From: an uncultured Clostridia bacterium
GTDB lineage: Bacteria; Bacillota; Clostridia; Christensenellales; CAG-917
DNA: 49,849 nucleotides
Assembly: GCA_947628855.1 (NCBI GenBank)
Contig: CANRBM010000004.1
Location: forward strand, 1-49,849
Reading direction: 5' to 3'
Part shown: positions 19,758 to 27,984 of the stretch, piece after piece
Position numbering within the stretch: position 1 is the stretch's first letter
Layout: the number at the start of each line of letters is the position of its first letter
The notes under the pieces: generated by a model
Told to the model about the DNA's origin: nothing
The model's input: the letters and a program-made list of their open reading frames with translations, nothing else
The model's database searches: none
Position numbers and translations under genes: made by a program

Positions 19758-20019
19758 GGGGCCCCACCACCCGCGAAAATTTCGCGGGAGCCTCCCCCTA
19801 TACATCACCCCACGAAATCACTACGTAATTTTTTTGGTCCCGTATCCTATACCCCAAAAAAACACTGCGTATTTTTTCGGGGACCCCGTATCGCTCAGAC
19901 CGGCGTTATGTTAAAAATACAATACCTCTGCATCGGGGGATGTTTCGACTTCGCTTAGCTCCGCTCAACATGACATTTTTTATACTGTCCTTTCGAGCGT
20001 AGCGTAGTCGAGAAATCCC
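19758..20019. repeat. Repeat mosaic: CCCCACC..GAGCCTCCCCCTATA unit (also at about 5922-5962), family B doublet (19806-19887) and a family C pair
   Basis: Direct sequence similarity to the other copies in the window. Confidence 0.75.
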
Positions 20020-20057
20020 ACGGTTTAACAGTAAGACCTAATACAATATTAACGTTT

Positions 20058-20246
20058 ATATCAAGCTCTCACGCAGGAGTTTGTCCATGCTCACAGGCAA
20101 AACGCGCAAACAAGTGGCGAAAGTCACGACGTTTGCGCGTTTTTAGCTCGGGGTGCAGGGGACGAAGTCCCTTGCCGAGGGTGCGGGGCGAGTAGCCCTG
20201 CGTGAGGGGACGAAGGCCCTTGCCGCAGTGTGGGCGCGCAGCCCAC
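20058..20246 (-). repeat. Hairpin repeat family A, copy 6
   Basis: Reverse copy ending 6 bp from the stop codon of the C-GCAxxG-C-C gene. Confidence 0.85.
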
Positions 20247-20252
20247 ATTATA

Positions 20253-20699
20253 TCACTCGATACCCAGCTCCTCGGAAACTATCTCGGCGCAGTCGCCGAC
20301 GAGTTTTGCGCAGGGACGGGACTTATAATATTCGGGAGTGCGCGCGTCGGGCGTGGGAGTTGTCGCGGCGAGCTTTGTGCCGAGCAATTCTCGGCATATG
20401 TAGGAGCCGTTTTTCTCCTTGAATTTTGCCGCCAAACGTTGTATGAGCGCGTAGTGCTCTCGCTTGGCGTCGAGGTCGGAAGGAGAGGAATAGCCCTCGA
20501 GCAATCCCGCGACGATGAACATACCGCTTACCGCGCCGCACACCTCTCTGAGCCTGCCCATTCCACCGCCGAAGGATGAGGAGAGCTTGAGCAGGGTCTC
20601 TCTGTCCATACCCAGTTTGTCCTCGAAGGCGAGCACCAGCGCTTGCGTACAGTTGTAGCCGTCCAGGAAGTTCTGCTCCGCCCTCTCGCGCCGCGTCAT
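20253..20699 (-). CDS. C-GCAxxG-C-C family putative redox protein
   Basis: GYNCTQA, FGGGMG..EVCGAVSG, GSYICRELL, C-terminal C..LV..C. Confidence 0.88.
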   Translation of the reverse strand: MTRRERAEQNFLDGYNCTQALVLAFEDKLGMDRETLLKLSSSFGGGMGRLREVCGAVSGMFIVAGLLEGYSSPSDLDAKREHYALIQRLAAKFKEKNGSYICRELLGTKLAATTPTPDARTPEYYKSRPCAKLVGDCAEIVSEELGIE

Positions 20700-21508
20700 T
20701 TATCCAGCTCCTTGAGCGCCATATCGACGAGATTCCTGTCCGCGAGGCTCTCCACGTTGCCCGCGTCCACCGCCGCCGCAATGGATGCGTCTATGGGCAG
20801 GCGCGCAAGCACCTTCAAATCGAAATCCGTAGCGACTTCGTCCACTTTGCTGCCGCCGAATACGTCTATTTGCTTGCCGCAATCGGGACAGACGAGATAG
20901 CTCATATTTTCAATGACGCCATAGATCTTGACATTCATGGTGTTTGCCATCTTGACCGCCTTTTCGACAATCATGCTGACAAGCTCCTGCGGGGACGTCA
21001 CGATGATAATGCCGTCGAGCTTTATGGATTGAAACACCGTGAGCGGCACGTCGCCCGTCCCCGGGGGCATATCCACAAACATATAGTCAACGTCGCCCCA
21101 GATGACGTCCGTCCAAAACTGCTTGACCATGCCCGCTATGACGGGACCGCGCCATATGACGGGATCCGTCTCGCTTGGCAAGAGCAGGTTGGAACTTATC
21201 ATCTTGACGCCGAGCTTGCTCTCGCGCGGATATATGCCCATATCGTCGCCGTCTATGCCGCCCTTTACGCCGAACGCGCGCGGAATGGACGGACCCGTGA
21301 TGTCCGCGTCCAAAATCGCCGCTTTTTTGCCCTTCGCCGCCTCGCCTACGGCAAGCAGAGCCGTGACAAGAGATTTGCCTACGCCACCCTTGCCGCTCAC
21401 TATGCCTATCACCTTTTTGATACGGCTGAGCTCGTGCGGCTTTTCAAACGTGATACGGCTCGCGCAATTCTGTCCGCAGCTGCTGCAATCATGAGTGCAA
21501 TCGCTCAT
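20696..21508 (-). CDS. Mrp/NBP35 family Fe-S cluster carrier ATPase
   Basis: N-terminal Cys cluster, SGKGGVGKS, DADITGPS, DMPPGTGD, ENMS..CPDC. Confidence 0.93.
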   Translation of the reverse strand: MSDCTHDCSSCGQNCASRITFEKPHELSRIKKVIGIVSGKGGVGKSLVTALLAVGEAAKGKKAAILDADITGPSIPRAFGVKGGIDGDDMGIYPRESKLGVKMISSNLLLPSETDPVIWRGPVIAGMVKQFWTDVIWGDVDYMFVDMPPGTGDVPLTVFQSIKLDGIIIVTSPQELVSMIVEKAVKMANTMNVKIYGVIENMSYLVCPDCGKQIDVFGGSKVDEVATDFDLKVLARLPIDASIAAAVDAGNVESLADRNLVDMALKELDK

Positions 21509-21706
21509 ATCTGTACTCTCCTTATAAGAAACCTATCGGAGTTTCTCAAGACTTTATTTTTTTGCAATGCGCCCTTTTGGTCGCAACTAAAATGATACCA
21601 CTTCGGGAGCGCCATATCAAGCACAAAATACGTTTTTGCCCCGCACGTGTTTAAGTGTTTGCGAAATTTGCAATAATTATTTCAAAAACATAAAGGAGAC
21701 CAAAAT

Positions 21707-22297
21707 ATGAAACTTATCGACAGCAAAACACTGCTCAACCTCGCAAAGTCCTACGCGGGCGAAATGATGGCGCATGCAAGATATTCCTTTGTGGAGTACG
21801 GCGCGCGCAACGAGGGCTACAACGCCATGGCGGACATCATTGACAAGGTAGTCTACAACGAGTTCAACCATGCGCGCATGCTCTACACCTATATCCAGCA
21901 GGCGTCCAACAAGACCATCGACAACATTGACATCTGCTCCGGCTACCCCTTCCGCGAGAAGTGGAATTTGACGGAAAACCTCAAGCTCGCCGCCGAGGAC
22001 GAGGCTATGGAAGTCAAGACCTACAAGGCGTACGCAAAAACCGCGCGCGAGGAAGGCTTTGAGGAGATCGCGGGGCTTTTCGACAAGATCGCCGGCGTGG
22101 AGACCTGCCACGAAAAGCTGTTCAACGACCTCTACGACCAAATGTCCTCGGGCACGCTCTACAAGAAGGAAAAGGCGGTCAAGTGGAAATGCGCGGGCTG
22201 CGGCTACGAGCAGGAAGGCAAGGAAGCGTGGGATTGCTGCCCCCTCTGCAAAGCAAAACAGGGCTTTGTGGAGTTGCACCTGAACGAGGTCGTGTAA
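21707..22297 (+). CDS. Rubrerythrin
   Basis: NL.KSYAGE..A..RY, NE..HA, E..HE, C-terminal WKCAGCGY...CPLC. Confidence 0.9.
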   Translation: MKLIDSKTLLNLAKSYAGEMMAHARYSFVEYGARNEGYNAMADIIDKVVYNEFNHARMLYTYIQQASNKTIDNIDICSGYPFREKWNLTENLKLAAEDEAMEVKTYKAYAKTAREEGFEEIAGLFDKIAGVETCHEKLFNDLYDQMSSGTLYKKEKAVKWKCAGCGYEQEGKEAWDCCPLCKAKQGFVELHLNEVV

Positions 22298-22395
22298 AAA
22301 CGGCGGAATTTAAAAACTGTTTACGTCAACGATAGTTACAAGTGTACAGTGCTAATTAAAAACTCGATTTGACACATATCACACAGTTTCTATTC

Positions 22396-22427
22396 AAAAA
22401 AAACCGAGGTATTGTCTCGGTTTTTTG
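22396..22427 (+). terminator. Intrinsic terminator after rubrerythrin
   Basis: AAAAAACCGAG-loop-CTCGGTTTTTT. Confidence 0.75.
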
Positions 22428-22621
22428 AATATGTGCGCACAAAATTGTATATCTATCGCTCAACGACAGGGCTCAAATGTGCGATGTCTAACTCCAAAAT
22501 TAAACATCAAAAAACCCGGAATTTTCAAGCGTAGAAAAAATTCTTTATAAAATTACATAATATACTTGAAATTATTATAATTTTGGGTATAATAATTATA
22601 ACAGTAGTGCGGAGGTACAAA

Positions 22622-24013
22622 ATGCAGAAGTTTGTAAATCGAAAAGCGGAACTTGAAACGCTTGAAAAACAGTATAACGGTGAGGCGTCGTCTCTGGTGA
22701 TAGTTTACGGGCGCAGGCGCGTCGGCAAAACAGCGCTTTTGACCGAGTTTTTGCAAGCGCATCGGGACAGCTTATATTTTCTTGCAACTGAGGAATCCGA
22801 AGTCCAAAATTTGAATTATTTCAAAGCGCAAGTTGCACAGTTCACCGGCAACGAGCTTCTTCGCATTGCCGCGGTGGATTGGTATACTGTTTTTAAGACT
22901 CTTGTGGAATTCAAGACCGAGACAAAAAAAATCATTGTGTTTGACGAATTTCAATACATTGGGCAGTCCAACTCGGCATTTCCTTCCATATTGCAAAAAA
23001 TTTGGGACACAATGCTCAAAGACGCAAATATAATGCTTATTTTATGCGGATCGCTCGTGTCGCTTATGAAGTCTCAAACGCTTGACTACGGCAGTCCTTT
23101 ATATGGCAGAAGAACGGCGCAAATAAAGCTGAAACAGATACCTTTCAAGCATTATCACGAGTTTTACGAAGGGAAAACGGACGACGCGCTGTTGCCGTTT
23201 TATGCTGTGACGGGAGGCGTGCCTAAGTATATAGAGACATTCAATGACTATGACGATATTTTCGACGCGATCAAAGAGAATGTACTTAATTCTCAGAGCT
23301 TTTTGTATGAGGAGCCATACTTCCTATTGCAAAAGGAAGTAAGCGAGATCGGAAGCTACTTTTCGCTTATCAAGGCGATAGCCATGGGAAATCGCAAGCT
23401 GTCCGACATCGCCGCAAACTTGGGAGTTAAACAAACAAATTTGACAAAATATCTAAAAGTCCTTATGGACTTGGATCTTGTCGAACGCGAGGTACCTGTC
23501 ACGGAATCCGCTCCGGAAAAGAGCAAAAGCGGACTGTATCGCATAACAGACAACTTCATATCTTTTTGGTTCAAATTTGTTTATCCTTACAGGGCATATC
23601 TCGAAAAAGGCGAGACCGATTACGTTCTCACACAGATAAAAAAGAGCTTCATGCAGAATTTTGTTTCATTTGTCTATGAGGATGTCTGCAGAGAAAAAAT
23701 GTGGGAACTTTCGGCTACAGGCACATGGGATTTCCGTTTTGATAAAGTCGGTAGATATTGGGGCGCGAAATCGAAAGAAACGGACATTGTAGCCATAGAC
23801 ACGCTTGGCAAAAATATTGTTTTGGGTGAGTGCAAATACTCAGTTTCCCCAAAAGGACTATCCGTTTTGCACGATTTGCAAGAAAGAACCGAGGCGCTTA
23901 GGCAACTGATAGGCGCAACAAACGTCTACTACGTATTATTCAGCTCTTCGGGCTTTACGCAAGGTTTGCTTGACGAGGCAGAGACTAATGATGCTATACA
24001 TTTGATAAAATAA
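22622..24013 (+). CDS. Archaeal-type P-loop ATPase with wHTH, DUF234-like region and C-terminal PD-(D/E)XK nuclease motif
   Basis: FVNRKAEL, YGRRRVGKT, VFDEFQ, LCGS, TGGVPKY, DNFISFWF, ETDIVA...GECKY. RBS GGAGG. Confidence 0.85.
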   Translation: MQKFVNRKAELETLEKQYNGEASSLVIVYGRRRVGKTALLTEFLQAHRDSLYFLATEESEVQNLNYFKAQVAQFTGNELLRIAAVDWYTVFKTLVEFKTETKKIIVFDEFQYIGQSNSAFPSILQKIWDTMLKDANIMLILCGSLVSLMKSQTLDYGSPLYGRRTAQIKLKQIPFKHYHEFYEGKTDDALLPFYAVTGGVPKYIETFNDYDDIFDAIKENVLNSQSFLYEEPYFLLQKEVSEIGSYFSLIKAIAMGNRKLSDIAANLGVKQTNLTKYLKVLMDLDLVEREVPVTESAPEKSKSGLYRITDNFISFWFKFVYPYRAYLEKGETDYVLTQIKKSFMQNFVSFVYEDVCREKMWELSATGTWDFRFDKVGRYWGAKSKETDIVAIDTLGKNIVLGECKYSVSPKGLSVLHDLQERTEALRQLIGATNVYYVLFSSSGFTQGLLDEAETNDAIHLIK

Positions 24014-24127
24014 TACTTAAAAAATATCGTAGCAAGCCTGTCATGCTTATTCACTTTTAAAAGCACGATCGGGCATATGTTGAGCAAGCTCCATTTCGCC
24101 TATTTTTTGCGAATACGCCCTCATCGC

Positions 24128-24156
24128 TTGCAAAAACCAAAAACTTATATTATAAT
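24128..24156 (+). promoter_or_regulatory. SigA-type promoter of the tRNA-Ser locus
   Basis: TTGCAA-17 bp-TATAAT. Confidence 0.75.
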
Positions 24157-24173
24157 AGCAAAGCACATTACAA

Positions 24174-24319
24174 GGAAACGTATCGAAGTGGTCTACGGTC
24201 AAGACGCACAGCGTCTCGTCCGCCCCCTTCGTATCAAGATAAAGTATATTATAGGGAAACGTATCGAAGTGGTCGCAAGTTTGAGGCGCACAGCGCCTCA
24301 TTGCTACACCCCGCTACAC
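24174..24319 (+). repeat. Two copies of the tRNA-Ser 5' end (20 bp at 24174, 24 bp at 24255), each followed by a GC-ACA-GC hairpin
   Basis: GGAAACGTATCGAAGTGGTC is identical at 24174, 24255 and 24320. Confidence 0.92.
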
Positions 24320-24411
24320 GGAAACGTATCGAAGTGGTCGCAACGAGCCGCACTCGAAATGCGGTTGACCTGCATAAGGTCACGTGGGTTCGAATCCCAC
24401 CGTTTCCGCCA
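24320..24411 (+). tRNA. tRNA-Ser (anticodon CGA)
   Basis: Acceptor stem GGAAACG/CGTTTCC plus GCCA; anticodon arm CCGCA-CTCGAAA-TGCGG; long variable arm TGACC..GGTCA; T arm GTGGG-TTCGAAT-CCCAC. Confidence 0.95.
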
Positions 24412-24936
24412 AAAAGCACCTGCAAAGGTGCTTTTTGTATAGAAACTGCGGGATTTTTCGATTTGCTCTGCAAATCAAACACAGCTATGCTGTGCGAACC
24501 CCCGTTCCGTGGCTGACCTTTTACCCCATAAAATTCGTTCCACACACTTATCAATTTCTATACAATGTCACGTCGTCACTCATTATTATGGGGACCCCGA
24601 TATCGCTCGGACAATCTTAGCGGTATTACGGCGGCAGTATTTCTGCCGCCTACGAATCCCACCGTTTCCGCCAAAAAGCACCTGCTAAGGTGCTTTTTGT
24701 ATAGAATCGGCGTGATTTTTTGTTTTGCTCTGCAAATCAAACACAGCTATGCTGTGCGAACCCTCCTTCCGTGGCTGACCTTTTACCCCATAAAATTCGT
24801 TCCACACACTTATCAATTTCTATACAATGTCACGTCGTCACTCATTATTATGGGGACCCCGATATCGCTCGGACAATCTTAGCGGTATTACGGCGGCAGT
24901 ATTTGCTGCCGCCTACGAATCCCACCGTTTCCGCCA
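24391..24936 (+). repeat. Two tandem units of 262 and 263 bp delimited by three copies of the 21-bp tRNA-Ser 3' end
   Basis: CGAATCCCACCGTTTCCGCCA at 24391, 24653 and 24916. The units are near-identical and each starts with the terminator-like AAAAAGCACC..GGTGCTTTTT. Confidence 0.93.
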
Positions 24937-24980
24937 AACAAAAAAGTCCTACTGTTGAATAGGACTTTTTTGTTTGTTTT
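24936..24980. terminator. Bidirectional terminator between the tRNA array and the Ig-domain gene
   Basis: AAACAAAAAAGTCCTA..TAGGACTTTTTTGTTT. Confidence 0.8.
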
Positions 24981-24998
24981 TACTCGTGTTGAAAGTTC

Positions 24999-27974
24999 TC
25001 ACTTTCCCTCGTGGAGGTGATCAATGAATTGACTGTTCACGGTGTAGGTGGACATCGGGGTGAGCGAGGAGTCGTTTTTGTAACAATACATGGCGATCTC
25101 AAAGTTTTTCAAAATGTCCAAAACCGTTTTGACATCTTTTGTGATACCGGGGTAGTTGTCGCTGAGTTCACGCGAGTAGATGTGGAAGAAACGGTCATCC
25201 TCAAAGCTGTACCTTGTGAAAGTGCGCTCGTTGGCGACGCCTCCGCCCAAGTTGATGCCGGATGTTATCATCCCGACATGGAAATACCTCGTCTCTATGT
25301 CACCATTTTTCACAGTGTAGACACCGGGGACAAAGGCGGGATGCGAAAACATCGGCTGTACCGCCGTACGTATGATAGAATTGTACTTTTCATCGCCTGT
25401 ATCGATCAAGTTGGCGTCCGTGGCGTTCTGCCAATTGTAGATGTCAAGAAATCCCGTTTGATCAATGCTTGCCACATAGCCCTTGGGAACAAGATTGTCC
25501 TCCACCCATTTGTAGCTTTCTTCCCGCCCTTGTGCTTCGTTGACGGCGGTGGAAAATCTGCCCTTCGTCCCGTCGAGAGCAAAACTTTCATGAGATGTGC
25601 TGACACTGACGGATATGACGGAGGAGAATACGCAATTGTTGAGGTTCAACCTTGAAAAACAGAAGTTGAACTCATTTTCATTCGCGCCTTCGGGATTTCG
25701 CGTCCTCGCATAATCATAGATTGCCGTAGCCGAAATGTTGCGGAAAAGGCAGCCGTCTATGATGCCATCCATGTTGTCGATCTCTATGCCGCCATGCGAG
25801 TTTTCAAAAATGCAATACTCCAATTTGACATTTGTAAGGCGCTCCATATCGTCGTTTTCGCTGCAAACAATGAGACAATAGGAATATTCGAAGGTGTGGC
25901 TGTCAAGCTTGTCCGGTTGGAAATTCTCATGTCTTATCGTCACATTGCTGACCGTAACATCACTGCTGGCAACGCGCACATCATAACTTGCCCAGCTGAT
26001 AAGGTTTTGAGGCATGGTTGAGATCATGTGGCCGTTGCCGTAGAGGTCGCCGTACAATATGATACATCTGTTCGCATCGCCATAATCAATGGTCAGGTCT
26101 TCGGCGGCTTCGATGTCGTTGGCAAGAGTTATAGCAAAGTTGCCCGCGGGACGCTCCGCTTCTACGACGCGGAATTGTTTGTTGTTGACGTCAAATGAGT
26201 CAATGATAGTGCCTTCAAGTTTTTCTTTGTCGCCGAATGCATACTTCCTTTGATCTTGTCCCGCGCGCATGGCTTGCTCGAAAGTGAAGACGTGGACGCC
26301 GTACACGACATTGAGCGTCACATACGCCGTAGTGTGTTCGCTGTTCGTCTCAAAGCGCGGGTATTTTGCATGAGCCATGACTTTGACGGGCACTATGCCC
26401 TTGCCCTCGAGTGCGGCGGCGTCAATCACGAACATATTGGGATATTCTTCATCAAAATGCGCGTACTCCTTGCCCTCGACAACTTCAAAGTGGAAATCTT
26501 TGTAGAATTGCGCCTGCTCGTCTTCATCCTCGGGCTCGCCCTGCAGATGTATGAATACGGTGTTGGGGAGCTTTTCAAACTTGTCGGCGCCCTCCTCCGC
26601 CGTGAGATATTTGTACTTGTAAGAGGCGTATACCGTCTCGCGCGCAAGACCCGTACGGAGGGATGCGTCCGACGTCTTGAGCCTGAGCAAAGATACTTTG
26701 TTGTGGACATTTATCTCCAAGCTCGCCGACTTTGCGCCCGCTCTTGAATTTACGGTAGCGGTGATGATCGCGACACCGTTTGAGACGCCTTTGACATTGC
26801 CCTCTGCATCGACTGTTGCGACTTGCTTATTGTTTGAGTCCCAACTCACTTGAGGTTTGCCCTCGGCAGCCGTAGCCGCAAACGAGGCGGAAAGTTTAAG
26901 CCCGCGCTCGCCGATGTCGAGCACGTATCCGCCCTCTTTGCCTACAAATATATCGGCATGATCAATGACGATCGCGCCCTGCTCGCATATATCGACGGTA
27001 AGGACTTTCCCATTTCTCAGCGCGACCGTCGCGGTCTCGCCGTTTATGACTATGCCATCCGACTGCACCGTACAATTCTCGCTTGCCGCCTCGTCAACGT
27101 CCGCCGCCGAAATGCCGAGCTTGTCAAAGGGATACTTGCCGCCATCCACTCTTTCGAGCGTCACTTTGTTGCCGTATCTGCTTGCGCCCTCGCCAACCGT
27201 GACATTGAATTCGTTGCTGGGGACAAATTCTTTTTCTTTGCCTTCGTCCTCGCTGTATTTGCTTGCCAAAGCGCGCACAGTAGCGCTTCCCGTGCTTTTG
27301 GCCGTAATAACGCCGTTTGCATCGACAAAAACGACATCGGGAGCACTGCTTTCAAACTTAAGTTCCTCTACTTTGCTGTCGAGCGGGACGAATGCGGCGC
27401 TGAGGAGCATGCTCTCGCCCACGGTCAAATTTGTTTGAGTGGCGCCCTCTGTATCTGTGAGAGTGACCCTTGCCACCGTGGAGCCGACTATGTTGACTGT
27501 AAACGTCTTGTTGAAAGTCTCCGCACTGACAGTGACTTCAAAACTGCAGTAGGCGTACAGCCTGAATTTGCCCGATGTGTTTGTTGTTCCCTCGTGCCCG
27601 TAGCCGCTGCCATCGATGAGTACTGCCGCGGGATAGACCGGAGTGCCGACAGGATTGGCTTCATATTGTTCATATTTCTGTTGATACTCGCTGTCGGAGC
27701 ATTCCAAGTTGCTCAAAGCCCAATCAACGGTCTGATTTGCCTTTTCGGGATAGACGAGCACTTGAACAAAGTCGTTGAAGTCATATATCGCGTTTTCATC
27801 GACGTCTATGACGGGTTGCAAGAAGTTTACCTCTTTGCCCGTGAGCTTGTCCGTAACGGTCAGACTTTCAACGGCTACCCACGCTTGAAGTTGCAACATA
27901 TTCGTGACGAGCGCGACGACGAGCAATATAATGATAGGGATAAGGATCAATATACCGATAAGTACTTTTTTCAT
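24999..27974 (-). CDS. Large exported or surface protein with bacterial Ig-like (Big_2) domains and a probable C-terminal beta-helix
   Basis: N-terminal signal/TM segment; Big_2 motifs FESSAPDVVFVDANGVITAKSTG and WDSNNKQVATVDAEGNVKGV; LYGNGH and repeated xCxFxN beta-helix-like pattern. Confidence 0.75.
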   Translation of the reverse strand: MKKVLIGILILIPIIILLVVALVTNMLQLQAWVAVESLTVTDKLTGKEVNFLQPVIDVDENAIYDFNDFVQVLVYPEKANQTVDWALSNLECSDSEYQQKYEQYEANPVGTPVYPAAVLIDGSGYGHEGTTNTSGKFRLYAYCSFEVTVSAETFNKTFTVNIVGSTVARVTLTDTEGATQTNLTVGESMLLSAAFVPLDSKVEELKFESSAPDVVFVDANGVITAKSTGSATVRALASKYSEDEGKEKEFVPSNEFNVTVGEGASRYGNKVTLERVDGGKYPFDKLGISAADVDEAASENCTVQSDGIVINGETATVALRNGKVLTVDICEQGAIVIDHADIFVGKEGGYVLDIGERGLKLSASFAATAAEGKPQVSWDSNNKQVATVDAEGNVKGVSNGVAIITATVNSRAGAKSASLEINVHNKVSLLRLKTSDASLRTGLARETVYASYKYKYLTAEEGADKFEKLPNTVFIHLQGEPEDEDEQAQFYKDFHFEVVEGKEYAHFDEEYPNMFVIDAAALEGKGIVPVKVMAHAKYPRFETNSEHTTAYVTLNVVYGVHVFTFEQAMRAGQDQRKYAFGDKEKLEGTIIDSFDVNNKQFRVVEAERPAGNFAITLANDIEAAEDLTIDYGDANRCIILYGDLYGNGHMISTMPQNLISWASYDVRVASSDVTVSNVTIRHENFQPDKLDSHTFEYSYCLIVCSENDDMERLTNVKLEYCIFENSHGGIEIDNMDGIIDGCLFRNISATAIYDYARTRNPEGANENEFNFCFSRLNLNNCVFSSVISVSVSTSHESFALDGTKGRFSTAVNEAQGREESYKWVEDNLVPKGYVASIDQTGFLDIYNWQNATDANLIDTGDEKYNSIIRTAVQPMFSHPAFVPGVYTVKNGDIETRYFHVGMITSGINLGGGVANERTFTRYSFEDDRFFHIYSRELSDNYPGITKDVKTVLDILKNFEIAMYCYKNDSSLTPMSTYTVNSQFIDHLHEGK

Positions 27975-27984
27975 ATTCGCCTCC

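Noticed and set aside
9299-20246. Integron attC cassette array (palindromes after stop codons)
   Set aside because: No RYYYAAC/GTTRRRY boxes were recognised, there is no integrase, the genes lie on both strands, and they include the core gene ychF.
24174-24343. CRISPR array (three identical 20-bp repeats with different spacers)
   Set aside because: The repeat is the tRNA-Ser 5' end, the spacers are unequal in length and share a hairpin, and no cas gene is in the window.
24320-24411. Selenocysteine or suppressor tRNA (long variable arm)
   Set aside because: The anticodon is CGA with a 7-bp acceptor stem and G discriminator, which is an ordinary tRNA-Ser.
24077-24962. Short ORFs with repeated peptide sequence (24384-24620, 24565-24882, 24720-24962)
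   Set aside because: They are translations of the tRNA and the tandem non-coding units, and lack an RBS.
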